Source of the DNA: Candidatus Latescibacterota bacterium
GTDB taxonomy: Bacteria; Latescibacterota; UBA2968; UBA8231
Direction: 5' to 3'
DNA: 64,000 nucleotides
NCBI GenBank assembly: GCA_965217585.1
Contig: OZ244561.1
Location: 4,320,001-4,384,000 of the forward strand
Below are positions 33,760-44,779 of the stretch, piece after piece; the stretch's first letter is position 1; each line of letters starts with the position of its first letter. The notes beneath the pieces were generated by a model. The model ran no database searches. It was not told where the DNA came from and worked only from the letters and a program-made list of their open reading frames with translations. The translations under genes were made by a program, and so were the position numbers.

Positions 33760-35661
33760 ATGGCGCACACTGTTATTGGCACGGCTGGGCACATCGACCA
33801 CGGCAAAACCCTGTTGGTCAAGGCCCTGACCGGCATGGATACCGATCTGGCCCCGGAAGAGCGGGCGCGGGGGATTACCATTGAACTCGGCTTTGCCTTT
33901 TTGGGGGATCAGGCCACGATCATCGACGTGCCTGGGCACGAGCGCTTCGTCAAGACCATGGTGGCGGGCGTCAGCGCCATTGACGTGGCCATGCTGGTCA
34001 TTGCCGCGGACGACGGGGTGATGCCACAGTCGCGGGAGCATCTCGATGTGCTGCGGCTTTTGGGGGTCGAGCGCGGGGTGGTGGTGATCAACAAGGCCGA
34101 CTTGGTGGAAGAGGAGTGGTTGGACTTGGTGGAGGAGGAGGTGCGGGAGTTTGTGGAGGGGACTTTTTTGGCCCAGGCCGAGGTCTTTCGCGTCTCCGCG
34201 CTCAGCGGCGCGGGCATTGATCCGCTGCGGCGGCGACTGTTGGCCATGGTCGAGGACACCGCTGCCAAGCGCACCGATGCGCCGTTTCGCCTACCTGTAG
34301 ATCGAGCCTTTGGGGTCAAGGGATTTGGTCCCGTCTGTACGGGCACGGTGCAGGCCGGGATCTTGGCCGAGGGCGACCGCGTCGAGATCGCGCTCGAGGA
34401 TCGGTTGGCGCGCGTGCGCCGCCTGCAACAGCACGGCGCGACGGTACAAGAGGTGCGGGCCGGCGACCGCGCCGCAATCAATTTGGCCGGCGTGGAGCAG
34501 GACCAAATCGCACGCGGCCACTCGCTGGTCGCGCCCGGATTTTTCCGCCCCACGCAGATGCTAGATGTCCAGGTGCAGCTCCTCGCCTCCAGCCCCATGA
34601 CCATGGCGTCGCGCACCCGCGTGCGCCTGCACTTGGGCACGCGGGAGATTATGGCGCGAGTCGTCCTCCCCGGTGCCAAGCCCTTGCTGCCCGGGCAGGA
34701 GGGTTTCGCGCAGCTTCGCTTGGAGGCTCCCGTAGTTGCGGCGTGGGGCGACCGCTTTGTGCTGCGCCGGTACTCGCCGGCGCTGACCATTGGCGGCGGT
34801 CGCGTGCTCAACCCGCACCCGGCCAAGCACCGGCGCTTCGAGCCAGCGTTGCTCGCGCATTTGCAGGCGTTGGCCAGTGCCGACCTGCCCGAAGTCTTCG
34901 AGTGCTGGCTCCGCTACGCGGACGACCGGCTCAAGAGCCAGCAGGAGCTGGCCGGCGAGATGGGCATCGGCGTGGAGCGGTTGGCGCACCTGACGGACGC
35001 GCTCGTAGCCGCTGGCCGCGCCGAGCGCGTGGTGTCGGAGGGGCAAACGCACGTTCTGCATCTGGATGTGTGCGAGCAATGGGGTGCGGAGATCGATGCC
35101 GCGCTCGCGCGCTTTCACCGCGCTCAGCCGCTCAAGTTGGGATTGCCGCGCGAGGAGCTGCGCAATTTGAGTGCGCGCTACATCCAGCCCGAATTGTTCG
35201 ACTGCGTGTTGCGCTACTTGGAGGAAGCAGGGCGGATCGCGCTGGACGGGGCCGTGGTGCGGGCTGCGTCGCACCGCATTTGCTTCACCCCGGAGCAAGA
35301 GGTGCTGAAGGAAGCTGTGGAGGCGCGGCTCAACACGGCGAATTTTGCCAACTTGCCTACGATGGCCGAGCTAGCCCAATCCTTCGACGCCCCGCGGCCG
35401 CAGGTAACGGACATGGTCCAAGCGCTGCAAGCACTGGGGGTGGTGGCCGCGTTGGAGGGGGGCTTGCTGATCCATTGCGAGGCCCTCGCCCGCGCGCGGA
35501 CGCTGCTGAGCGATTTTCTCGCGCGCGACGGCGAGATTGCGGTAGCCGAATTCCGCACGCTGATTGGCAGCAATCGCAAATGCGCCATGGCGCTTTTGGG
35601 CCACTTCGACGCTGAGGGACTGACGGCGCGGCAGGGGGATGTGCGGGTTTTGGTGGGCTGA
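33760..35661 (+). CDS. selB: Selenocysteine-specific translation elongation factor
   Basis: [34 protein letters not shown]-terminal wHTH RK.A..LL..FD..G.T.R.GD.R. Confidence 0.93.
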   Translation: MAHTVIGTAGHIDHGKTLLVKALTGMDTDLAPEERARGITIELGFAFLGDQATIIDVPGHERFVKTMVAGVSAIDVAMLVIAADDGVMPQSREHLDVLRLLGVERGVVVINKADLVEEEWLDLVEEEVREFVEGTFLAQAEVFRVSALSGAGIDPLRRRLLAMVEDTAAKRTDAPFRLPVDRAFGVKGFGPVCTGTVQAGILAEGDRVEIALEDRLARVRRLQQHGATVQEVRAGDRAAINLAGVEQDQIARGHSLVAPGFFRPTQMLDVQVQLLASSPMTMASRTRVRLHLGTREIMARVVLPGAKPLLPGQEGFAQLRLEAPVVAAWGDRFVLRRYSPALTIGGGRVLNPHPAKHRRFEPALLAHLQALASADLPEVFECWLRYADDRLKSQQELAGEMGIGVERLAHLTDALVAAGRAERVVSEGQTHVLHLDVCEQWGAEIDAALARFHRAQPLKLGLPREELRNLSARYIQPELFDCVLRYLEEAGRIALDGAVVRAASHRICFTPEQEVLKEAVEARLNTANFANLPTMAELAQSFDAPRPQVTDMVQALQALGVVAALEGGLLIHCEALARARTLLSDFLARDGEIAVAEFRTLIGSNRKCAMALLGHFDAEGLTARQGDVRVLVG

Positions 35662-35771
35662 TTCTAGGGGTGCGGCGTGCGTTGCGGTGGAATCGTTACC
35701 GACAATTGCAGCTCAAGTCACGTTGGAGCTTGCAATGCCACTGGGAACTAATTTGGAGGTAAAAAAAGAAG

Positions 35772-36236
35772 GTGACAGACGCGCTAGGTTATCGGGTGAG
35801 GCCGGCAAGAACTGACGATGTACATTCGGTGATGGGTTTAGCGCAACTTTGGGCCGAGGAAGGTTGTACAACCGGCTATGTCGCGTTAATGGAAGACGAC
35901 AAGCATCTGCAGTATTGGCTTGACGGCGGCTATTTTTTTGTCGGTGAGCATGAAGATGTGGTCATAGCGTACGCTGCGGGAGTCGTGAAAGTCGGGAAAA
36001 ATGCAATATTCAAATCCGAGGGCGAGCGATTTTTAGATGTTCACGAGGCCTTTGTTCATATTGACCACCGTGAAAATGGCGTTGGAGCTCGACTCGTCGA
36101 GGCGTTGCTATCGAGAGCAGAATCGGCAGGAATCAGCCGCTCCATGGTTGGTTCAAACAACATAGACTGGTTGCGCACGTATCGGTTTTATGAGCGACAT
36201 GGCTATAGGATGTTCTCGATTCAGATGTACAAGTAA
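35772..36236 (+). CDS. GNAT N-acetyltransferase
   Basis: FVHIDHRENGVGARL, FYERHGY; lower GC than flanks. Confidence 0.8.
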   Translation: MTDALGYRVRPARTDDVHSVMGLAQLWAEEGCTTGYVALMEDDKHLQYWLDGGYFFVGEHEDVVIAYAAGVVKVGKNAIFKSEGERFLDVHEAFVHIDHRENGVGARLVEALLSRAESAGISRSMVGSNNIDWLRTYRFYERHGYRMFSIQMYK

Positions 36237-36416
36237 TTGGATTGGGATATTTCGCTTTGACGACGTTTTAGGCGTCTAAAAAGTACACCGAGCGGATGGA
36301 GTAGATAGGGGGCTATTGGCTTGGGATGCGCTTTCATGAATGGGAAGCTGTACTTGCTCCGTGGTTGGCCCCGCTGGCACGAATAGATTGCGGCTCAGAG
36401 CGAGCGCTATGAGCTA

Positions 36417-36871
36417 TTAGCTCGCTTTTGGCGGGCTTGCATAGGAGGGCGTTATATCGGGGAAAAAGGCGGCCACAATCTTCCATTCGCCCTTGATACG
36501 GCCCGTGAACCACACGTTTTGGCAATCGTCCCATCGGGCGTATACCTGACCGGTATCCGACCGCCAGCATCCCGATTCCCGCACTACGGATATGGCCATA
36601 TTTCCGCGCAAGTCCGTCTGTAATATTTGCTGTTCCTGCTCGTAGTTAGCGCCCTCGGGCATGCGCGTCTCCCCCCATTCCTGCATCTCGCTCTGCACCA
36701 AGAATAGGTGCGGCACCCAGTCCGTAGGGTCGGTCGATCCACACCCGAACAGCGGAAATAGGTCTCGTCGTGGCACGCGCGGACCGCATCCCAATTCTTT
36801 TCCCTGTGGGCCTGCTGGTAGCGATTCAGTAGGCGGTGGATCGCTTCGATATCGGCTCTGTCTCTATCCAT
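36417..36871 (-). pseudogene. NTF2/SnoaL-like protein split by 1-bp frameshift near 36752
   Basis: AIHRLLNRY..A...WDAV..CH..TYFR continues in another frame as LFGCG...GEWKIVA. Confidence 0.6.
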
Positions 36872-36880
36872 GTCCAGTCA

Positions 36881-38162
36881 CTACAGCCTCCTTAGACAGC
36901 GTCTATGGTAAACGTATAGCCCACGCCGACCGGCACTTCGCGTTCGTCGACCTCGCGCACTATGGACTTGACCTCTTTCGATTCGGCTATCGACGGGTTC
37001 GGCTGGCTGTCCCGCGCCAGTGCCTTCGAGCGCGCCACTAGCGCTTCTCGCCGCGCCGAAATAAGCGTCGGTGAAGTCGAAGCGATCTTGCAGTCCCGCG
37101 CCGATGTCCAGTTTCCACTTTCTGCTGTCGCCCGTATCAAACCCCATTTCGAATGTCTGTCCCCCGTACCAGGTTCCCTGCCAAGGCCAGCTCCAGACGC
37201 TGTGTTTGATCGAGACGAAGGAATCGTCCCAGGTGTAGAGCCACACATCAGCAGTCGTCCATTCCCAGCTCCAGCCATCTTCGACTGAGCGCCGCTCCAG
37301 CGACACGGCTTGTCCGAGATTCAGCTTGCCGAGGTGCTCCATCCGCGGCCGCCAGTCGGCCGAAAACTCCACGGACTGCGACGCGACGCCGAGGTCGTGC
37401 TCGATAAATCCGAGCCTGTCAGCGCTGAAAGTGGATTCTATCGACCTGTAATTAACGCCCCCTGCGAAATTCCCGTGCCGATAGCTCATATCGGCAGCGG
37501 ATATATATCCGCTGCTGCCTTGTTCGGCGCTTCTGGCGGTATAGGCGTTGATGGTGTAGTGGTCGTCCCATTCTACCCGGGCATCCAACCCTGCGATCTG
37601 CTGCAGCGCCATCCCGCGATCCCAAACGCCTTCCACTAGCGCGCCCACAGTCGAATTGTGGAATACTTCCCTCTGTAGCTTCAGGACGCCGAATTTCGGC
37701 TTTGCACCGGCTTCGCTCCGGTCTTGAGCCGTCAGGATGCCGAGCGTGTATTCCCCGGCTTTGCCGGTAAATTTAGCGCCGAAATCCGGATCGGCGATCC
37801 GCCGGCTGTAGAACAATCCGTGTTTGCCGAGAAAGTCCGCGTTTTCGACGAAGAACGGACGCCTTTCTTTTAGGAAGAGAGGAAAGCGAGACAGGTTTAC
37901 CTCCTCCTCCTCGGCTTCGATTTGCGCGAAGTCTGGATTCACAGTTATGTCCAAAGTCGCATTTGCGGCGACACCGTATTTCACGTCCAACCCCGCGCTG
38001 GCCGTCTCTCCTCGCCAATCGGTGCGCGTCCTATCGACGCCGGATGCGGCATAGGGAAGTAGTTCGAGACGCAGCCCGGGGTCTATCCCCCGCAATCCCG
38101 GCGAACGCACCTAGTGGAATCGCCAACAGACAACCGGCGGCAATGATCCATTTCGCGCTCAC
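36881..38162 (-). pseudogene. DUF5916-like outer-membrane protein, internally deleted and 3' truncated
   Basis: Out-of-frame signal peptide [21 protein letters not shown] from GTG 38162; LDITVNPDFAQIE, ERRPFF, FYSRRI, GAKFTGK. Confidence 0.7.
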
Positions 38163-39409
38163 GCCGATGCTCCTCTGACCCGCTGAGTAGCCAGCACCCT
38201 GAACGGCACGATACTGATGCAGGTTATGACGACGCCCAACAGAAAAAGTTGCGTATAGCCCATGCTGAGGGCGAGGCGACCCCCACCGAAGGAGGTGATC
38301 GCGAAGCCCATCAAGGCGGCGGATGTGGTTACCGCCGACATCGTCGATCTCCAGCGCGAGATGATCAACTCTTGGTGGAAGACGGTAAACGCGGGCATGC
38401 GGACCGCGGTCAACACGATGACGCTGACATACCCTAGGCCGGCAGCCTCCCAGCGGGGAATAAGGGCCATCGGCAGCAGGGCCAAGGCGATGCCGAGCGT
38501 GGTGTAGGTGAAGACTTGTACGTGGTCTGTTTTGGCCAGCACGTACGGCATGACTAGGGCTGCGGGGACGGAAAGCAATTGCGCTAGCCCGATCATCCAG
38601 CCTATAGAGGGCGGCGAGATCCCGAGTTCCGCGTTCAGGTACACGTTGAAAAAGGTGCGGGCCACAGCGACCCCCGGAGCGGCGAGCAGGCTAATCAGGC
38701 CGATCATCAGTAACGGCGCATCCGGCCGCGTCCCGTTTTTGCCCTCAGTGACCGCATCCGGCTGTTCTAGGCCGCCGTCTCCTGTGGTCGAGCCGAACAG
38801 AACGAGCGACGGTGCCAAGACGAGCGAGGCTACGAGCAGACTGCACTGGTAGGGGACGAGTCCGTCATAACCGGTCAGCCGGGCGAAAACCTGCGGCAGC
38901 GCCCCCCCTAGTGCGCTGCCGGCAAAGCCGAAAAGCGGCCAGACCGCCCCGCGCAGGGCGAATACGAGCGAGCGGTTGTCGGCTGCCGTGGCCGACATCA
39001 GAAAGGGGCTACTGTTGACCATATATGTGGCGAAGCCACAGTTGATGATCACTTGTACCGCGGTGATCCACCCCGTGCGCAGCGGGCCAAAAAAGAACCC
39101 AGCCAGAGACATGAGTAGATACCCCATGACCATGGGTGACACGCCCCCCACCAGAGTACGTCGGTAGCCGGCCCTGCGGGCCCAGTTGTCGGCTATCGGG
39201 CTGAAAAGGGCGAAGCTCAACAAGCCTGCGGCGTTGAAATGACCGACCAAGTCGACGCCATAGTCCATCCTCAGCAGATAGAGATTGAACAGGACGCTGT
39301 AGATGCCGAACGCCGAAAACCCGATCAGGGCGGCGCAGGCCATATATAGCTTGACATCCCTCTCAAAGCGCGCGAGGAAGTGCCCCATATAGATCGTCGT
39401 GCGATACAT
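38159..39409 (-). CDS. MFS transporter
   Basis: About 12 hydrophobic segments, LFNLYL, RRAGYRR loop. Confidence 0.85.
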   Translation of the reverse strand: MYRTTIYMGHFLARFERDVKLYMACAALIGFSAFGIYSVLFNLYLLRMDYGVDLVGHFNAAGLLSFALFSPIADNWARRAGYRRTLVGGVSPMVMGYLLMSLAGFFFGPLRTGWITAVQVIINCGFATYMVNSSPFLMSATAADNRSLVFALRGAVWPLFGFAGSALGGALPQVFARLTGYDGLVPYQCSLLVASLVLAPSLVLFGSTTGDGGLEQPDAVTEGKNGTRPDAPLLMIGLISLLAAPGVAVARTFFNVYLNAELGISPPSIGWMIGLAQLLSVPAALVMPYVLAKTDHVQVFTYTTLGIALALLPMALIPRWEAAGLGYVSVIVLTAVRMPAFTVFHQELIISRWRSTMSAVTTSAALMGFAITSFGGGRLALSMGYTQLFLLGVVITCISIVPFRVLATQRVRGASA

Positions 39410-39524
39410 ATACCTCGTCTCCCTTCATACAGGAGACGAGCGAGTGGTGCATGTGTTTGTACAAAAAATCAAAAATTTTGCGCTATGGCAGCATCGGCGA
39501 TTTCGACCCGTCTCGAATGCGGCC

Positions 39525-39695
39525 ATGGTGGAAACTACGGCCGTGTATTTCGAGGATGTAGGGCAGACCTTGGGTCTGGATCAGGTAGGCGTCGATTACA
39601 GCGGCTGGGGTATGGGCTGTGCGGTGGGCGACTACGACAACGATGGCGACGTGGACCTCTACGCTACGTACTGGGGCCCCAACAGACTCTACCGC
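39525..39695 (+). pseudogene. FG-GAP/CRTAC1 (ASPIC-UnbV) fragment
   Basis: YFEDV...[29 protein letters not shown], then similarity ends. Confidence 0.7.
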
Positions 39696-39791
39696 TTTCC
39701 ACAATGCATCGGCCGTAGCACGTGCATTCAGATGGTGGGCTTCTGTGGGTGTTTGAAGAGGGGTTGTTTGCCGTGGCGGTCCGATTTCAAA

Positions 39792-40208
39792 CTATTCTTT
39801 TCGCAGGTCTTCCGTAGCCAGCGGTATTTTTTCGATCCCCACGCGCTTGGCCACCTCGAAGAGATCCAATAGGTACTTATGCGGAGTCTCCTGATCGGTC
39901 CGCACTACCAGCGTCAGACTCCGGGTGCCTTCTTTTTCCCGCAAAAGGACCTGCTCCAGATTGTCCAAGGTCACGAGCTGGCGGTTGATCTCCATGCGGC
40001 CGTCCTGGGTGATCGATGCCACTAGTTTCTTCTCTTCGACAATCACCCCCTGTTGTGCTTCGGGTAATACGACCTGGAGGCTGTAGGGTTGCTTAAACAC
40101 CGTGGTTACCATAAAGAAGATCAGCAGCAAAAAAACGCAGTCGATCAGCGGCGTCATATTCAATTCTTGTTCTTCGTACAGGGATTTGCGCCTGGACATC
40201 GGACTCAT
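39792..40208 (-). CDS. exbD: ExbD/TolR biopolymer transporter
   Basis: [20 protein letters not shown]. Confidence 0.92.
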   Translation of the reverse strand: MSPMSRRKSLYEEQELNMTPLIDCVFLLLIFFMVTTVFKQPYSLQVVLPEAQQGVIVEEKKLVASITQDGRMEINRQLVTLDNLEQVLLREKEGTRSLTLVVRTDQETPHKYLLDLFEVAKRVGIEKIPLATEDLRKE

Positions 40209-40621
40209 TCCTCCTGTTCCCGCACAAAAGCGATGCCCTCAACTCCAACCTCTTTGGCTTTATCCACCACAAACACTACGTGTTTCTGGACGCACTCGCC
40301 GTCGGCCTGAATAATGATATTCTCGTTGTTGGCCTCTTCCATGGCCGTGACCAGCCGAGCCGCCAAGGCCGTCGGTGCCACGTCCTCACCCTTGATTTGG
40401 ATCTTGCCGTTGCGGTCCAGCAGGACGTTGATGTCTTTCTTCTTTTCTTCCGTGGCTTCGCTTTCGGCCGGCATGTCCACTTCCAGCCCTTTGGTGTGTA
40501 GAAACACCGTGGTTACCATAAAGAAGATCAGCAGCAAGAAAACGCAGTCAATCAGCGGCGTCATATCCGGGCCGCCTTCGGCAAGAAAGCTCTCTGGCCG
40601 ATCTTTTTGGTGTCTGGCCAT
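40205..40621 (-). CDS. exbD: ExbD/TolR biopolymer transporter (second copy)
   Basis: [26 protein letters not shown]. Confidence 0.92.
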   Translation of the reverse strand: MARHQKDRPESFLAEGGPDMTPLIDCVFLLLIFFMVTTVFLHTKGLEVDMPAESEATEEKKKDINVLLDRNGKIQIKGEDVAPTALAARLVTAMEEANNENIIIQADGECVQKHVVFVVDKAKEVGVEGIAFVREQEE

Positions 40622-40645
40622 GGGGTTGACTCCTCCCTGCGGGAG

Positions 40646-41392
40646 CTACTCTGTCGTTTCGTATTGTTGGCGCTGTCCCGCAGTGATCAGAGCATTGGCA
40701 AAGGCATGCCCGTACATCTCGGCACTTTCCAGTAAATTGTCCGCTTTGCGCGCTAGATAGCGGTACAATACAATCGTTGGGATGGCGACGATCAGCCCCG
40801 ATGCCGTAGTGACCAAAGCTTGGGAAATACCGCCAGCAACGACTTTCGGGTCCCCTGCACCAGCCGTGGCGATGGACTCGAAGGCGATGATCATCCCCAT
40901 AATGGTGCCGAGCAATCCTAACAAAGGGCTTATATTGCCGATGGTATTCAGGATCGCTAGATTTTTGCCCAGATAGGCCCGGGCGGCTCCCTCGGTCTGA
41001 ATGACCAACTCTTCTTTGAGATCAGCGAGTTCCCGTTGAATCACCATAAACCTGCCCACTTGGCCACCGCCGCCGGCATCAGCTAGGCGGATGATCTCCT
41101 CGTTCGTCTCTTCGAATTCTCGCTGTTCGATCATCAGCGTATCGTATCGTTTCAACAGCGAAGCAAATACATAATTGAGCAGGCCCTTGCCGCGGTTGCA
41201 CTCTTCCACGACCGCCTTTTCCCCGCCGTTGCGCAGCGCGTTTTCGAGCCTGTCTAGCTCATTTTGGGCTTCTTCAGGCGTGGGTAATTGCTTGAAGATC
41301 CACAGGCGTTCAATAGAGTAGGCAATGGCCAGAATAGCACAGCCGATTAGGGGGACCATCATCGGACCGCCACTTTGAATTATATCCCACAT
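40646..41392 (-). CDS. exbB: MotA/TolQ/ExbB proton channel
   Basis: GGPMMVPL, PLLGLLGTIMGMI, GISQALVTTASGLIVAIP. Confidence 0.92.
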   Translation of the reverse strand: MWDIIQSGGPMMVPLIGCAILAIAYSIERLWIFKQLPTPEEAQNELDRLENALRNGGEKAVVEECNRGKGLLNYVFASLLKRYDTLMIEQREFEETNEEIIRLADAGGGGQVGRFMVIQRELADLKEELVIQTEGAARAYLGKNLAILNTIGNISPLLGLLGTIMGMIIAFESIATAGAGDPKVVAGGISQALVTTASGLIVAIPTIVLYRYLARKADNLLESAEMYGHAFANALITAGQRQQYETTE

Positions 41393-41424
41393 TGCTACTG
41401 CTCCTTTTTGGCAAGAGAAGGGTT

Positions 41425-42363
41425 CTAGTCGTCTTCTTTGGCGTTTCTAGATAAACGCTGCCCTATGCGTAAACCGGCATCGATGACACCGAATTTCTCA
41501 ACGACCTCGGCCTTGCACAGGTGCGGCCCGATAATTTGATGCACCCTGACCAGAGCGATTCGGGCCTCTTTATTATACAGCGGCAGGACATCGCCGTACT
41601 CGACGCGATCCAAGATGCCGATGCCTAGATACACCTCGCCGGCCTCCACAGCTAGGACTTGGGCCTGCTCGCCGGAAAGGTCGATGGGTGGGCGCTCCAT
41701 CAGACTCTTAATCATTTGGCTGCTGAGGTCTCGGAAGGCGATATCGACGAGTTTGCCAAAGGCCAATTCAAAAAAACGCTCGGAACCGAAGTCAACCTTA
41801 AAGAGTTCGCGGAACACCCGATCCTGTTTGCGCGGCCGGCCGAACAGATCTAGGCCGTACGACTTTTCCGTGGAGTCTCTGAGCGTTTCAAAGGTCTCGA
41901 CTATTTCTCCCGTCGCTACTCTGATTAGCTGCACTTGGCTGAGGTGGATCACTGAATTGTAGGATTTATAGCCGGCCAGATTGGGGTTTCCCATTGTCAC
42001 GCGACGCATGCCCAGTTTCTCTACGATACCGGTAATGACCACGTCGGCATCCAAGAACAGGCCCAGCCGTACGGCCCGGTCAATACCTTGGTATTTTTTA
42101 AACTGTTTGTTTAGTTGAACGACCTCGACTTCTTTTGTCGGAATGACAAAGATCGCATCGTCTGCATCCAGATATCGACCTAGCAAATCGGGCACATCTC
42201 TAGACAAGTGCCATCCCGCCTGAAAACCGGCTTGGTCCTCAAAATCGAGCAGGGCAAGGCGCAGGGTCGGCAGCGGCCCCTCGGCCGCGACCGCCATGTC
42301 GAGCGCCAGAAGGTCGGCACCAGCCCAGGTACAAAGGAATGAAATGGTTAGAAGCGGTTTCAT
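41425..42363 (-). CDS. Exported CsgG/FlgT-like protein
   Basis: Signal-like N-terminus; RLALLDFED, ADVVITGIV, LIRVATGEI; C-terminal beta domain QVLAVEAGEVYLGIG. Confidence 0.5.
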   Translation of the reverse strand: MKPLLTISFLCTWAGADLLALDMAVAAEGPLPTLRLALLDFEDQAGFQAGWHLSRDVPDLLGRYLDADDAIFVIPTKEVEVVQLNKQFKKYQGIDRAVRLGLFLDADVVITGIVEKLGMRRVTMGNPNLAGYKSYNSVIHLSQVQLIRVATGEIVETFETLRDSTEKSYGLDLFGRPRKQDRVFRELFKVDFGSERFFELAFGKLVDIAFRDLSSQMIKSLMERPPIDLSGEQAQVLAVEAGEVYLGIGILDRVEYGDVLPLYNKEARIALVRVHQIIGPHLCKAEVVEKFGVIDAGLRIGQRLSRNAKEDD

Positions 42364-42549
42364 AACGGTCTTCGTATGATCACCAGACAGGCCCCCCACT
42401 ACACAGCACCCACAAAATACCTTCAAACACGGGCGATTGGCAATAGGAGGGCACCTGAGTGGGCGGTTCCAAGACCCGCTCGGGCCACTCGGAGGCCGCC
42501 GACCAAGTAGCTAGTAGTAAAAAAATAAAACCTGTTTGCAGCGCGGACT

Positions 42550-44634
42550 TCACACCTCGACGTTCAACGCGCTGACCACCCCCGGCACGCCCATGTTATT
42601 CAAGATGCGCATCTCTAGCACGTTTAGTCCTTCGTGCAGTGACCAGTCGATCTGGGCCGGCCGCTCCTGCCATGGTTGCCCATCGACCCGCACCTCGAAG
42701 GACATAAAACCGGGAGTTTCCGTCTCCAGATAAATGCGTAGCTGGCGTTCGTCAATGGCCTCGGCGACGTACCGCGTTTGATTGAGCGTCGGGTAGAAAT
42801 CCGCCCGCCGGTTCGCGTGCCGGGTAAAGTGGGGTAGCGGCGGGACTTGGTCGTCGGCCCAGTTGAGGTAGCCGTTCCACGACCACACTTCGGTACCTTG
42901 GCTCACCGGCAGGGGGCGGGGCCGGCTGAACACGTCAAAACGCGGCACGATGCGGAAGTGGCAAAACGAGCGAAACAAAAAGAGCGTGCCCTCCGCGGTG
43001 GAATGTTCGTAGTCTCCATCGTAGAAGGCGATGGGGAGGTCTTTTACCACCGCCTCCAAATCTTGGTGAAAAAGATAAGGGCGATCCCAGCGTTCGGGAC
43101 GCTCTAGCCGTGCGGCCAGCACTTGATGGATTTCTTGGGTGTCCAGTGGGACTAGGGTTTGGGGGTCGTACCAGTAATAATCGCGGGTGGCATCTAGGTG
43201 CATCCACTTGCCGTAGTCATTGGACCAGACCTCGGCGATTTCGTGGCCGGTCATGCCCTCGCTGTGGAAATTGAGGTGGCGGGCGGGGATGCCCATACTC
43301 AAACAGGCGGCCACCAGTACCACATTGGGATAAAGGCACATGCAGTCGCGCCGCCGCTGTTCGTACTGGTTCATCCGAATGGCGCCGTTCTCGTCCCGTG
43401 CAAGGCAAACCCAGGCGAGCGGGTCCCACGGGAAGTGGCTGCAGGCACTCAGGGGGATGTGATACGCCCAGCGGTGCAGCCGCGCGATTTTATCGAATTC
43501 GGTCTGTGCCCCGGCCACCACCGCGTCCAGTTCGCATTGCTGGCGCAAATCCCGCAGTATCTGGGCGCGATAGTCCTCGTACGGCATGGGGATAGACGGC
43601 CGTAGAATCTGGGCGTTTTTAGCGCTGACTAAGCGGCCTGCGAACCGCTCTCCTTGCTGGAAGTCGGCGTTGATCTGGACACTTTTGAGCACAGGGGATT
43701 GCAACCCGTCCGCGGTTGAAAAATCGACTTTCCACTGGATGTAACGGCCTCTGACTGTTGCCGGTTGTCCGTCATAGACCTGCCAGTCGCTCCAGTGGTC
43801 TGCATCCCAGACGGGACAAGAGCCGGTTCGCAAGGCCCAATCGAGCTGGGTGCCCTCGGGGATATCCGCTTCCCAGTCTAGGGTTATGCGCTGCAGACTC
43901 CGCTCGCTTTTAACCGCGTCGTCCGACTCGCCAGCCGCGTCGATCACCTTAGAGACCAGTTCGCCGTTGCGGCGAAAGCGGTCAAGGACCAGACGCAGCA
44001 CGTATTCCCCGCGTTCTGCTTCCCAGGTTTGGCCGCCGTCGATACTATGGCGGCTGGCGTAGGGAAGCGTTACGGGATCGTCCATGCCCTTGTAAAAATC
44101 GCGGTAGTCCGCCACCATTAGCTGCCAGCCAGCCAAGCCGTCCACAGCGGCCACTTCAATCTCATTGTCGCCTAGCTGTAGGGTCTCTGGCGGAATATCC
44201 ACATAGTACCAGCGGCTCCAACTCCACTGCCTCACCATCAACTCCCAGTACTGGTTGGCTTGGGGCGCGGCTTGGCGCGAGGGGGAGCGCAGGACTGGTT
44301 GTCCGTTTATTGTAAACTGGAGGGTGGACTGGTTGTCTTGGCGTTCCTTGGCTATAAACGCTAGCTGGGTTCCAAGTACAGCCGGATCATCCAAATGCAG
44401 GGTTTTGCGGAACACCGTCTGGCCGCTCACCTCGACAAAAGGCTCGATGTCTTCTTGGTCTGAACGGCCCGAGCCGGGCGCGTCGTTCTCGACCACTTGG
44501 CCGCGAAACAGGCGGATGCCCTCGTCCTGCTGACCCATCCACAGATCCGTCGTCTTGGCGGCGCTAGTATAGACCTCTTCGGCTTTCATAAAAATGGTAA
44601 CGCGTTGCTCTTTGAGGGCAGTAGAGACAGTCAT
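42550..44634 (-). CDS. Transglutaminase-like domain protein with N-terminal beta-rich domains
   Basis: CMC...LSMGIPAR...GHEIAEVWSNDYGKWMHLDAT (Cys-His-Asp). Confidence 0.7.
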   Translation of the reverse strand: MTVSTALKEQRVTIFMKAEEVYTSAAKTTDLWMGQQDEGIRLFRGQVVENDAPGSGRSDQEDIEPFVEVSGQTVFRKTLHLDDPAVLGTQLAFIAKERQDNQSTLQFTINGQPVLRSPSRQAAPQANQYWELMVRQWSWSRWYYVDIPPETLQLGDNEIEVAAVDGLAGWQLMVADYRDFYKGMDDPVTLPYASRHSIDGGQTWEAERGEYVLRLVLDRFRRNGELVSKVIDAAGESDDAVKSERSLQRITLDWEADIPEGTQLDWALRTGSCPVWDADHWSDWQVYDGQPATVRGRYIQWKVDFSTADGLQSPVLKSVQINADFQQGERFAGRLVSAKNAQILRPSIPMPYEDYRAQILRDLRQQCELDAVVAGAQTEFDKIARLHRWAYHIPLSACSHFPWDPLAWVCLARDENGAIRMNQYEQRRRDCMCLYPNVVLVAACLSMGIPARHLNFHSEGMTGHEIAEVWSNDYGKWMHLDATRDYYWYDPQTLVPLDTQEIHQVLAARLERPERWDRPYLFHQDLEAVVKDLPIAFYDGDYEHSTAEGTLFLFRSFCHFRIVPRFDVFSRPRPLPVSQGTEVWSWNGYLNWADDQVPPLPHFTRHANRRADFYPTLNQTRYVAEAIDERQLRIYLETETPGFMSFEVRVDGQPWQERPAQIDWSLHEGLNVLEMRILNNMGVPGVVSALNVEV

Positions 44635-44779
44635 TGCACTTCCTTCCGTCAATGGGGCTTACTGGCAAATGCAGAGAACGATCTTATAGTATATATGGCC
44701 TGACAGCACAAGAGGTTTTTCATCCTTTGCGTAGGTTGTGCATCCGGTCCATCCTTGGCGCAAGCATTGGAGTTAGCGG

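Noticed and set aside
35705-35747. Hairpin plus GCCACTGGGAA upstream of the GNAT gene (cobalamin riboswitch or attC?)
   Set aside because: Other B12-box elements and RYYYAAC/GTTRRRY ends are absent; no integrase in the window
36266-36281. TTTTAGGCGTCTAAAA palindrome after the GNAT gene
   Set aside because: Too short and weak to call a terminator or operator
40098-40566. About 60-nt direct repeat between the two exbD genes
   Set aside because: Encodes the conserved TM helix of tandem paralogs
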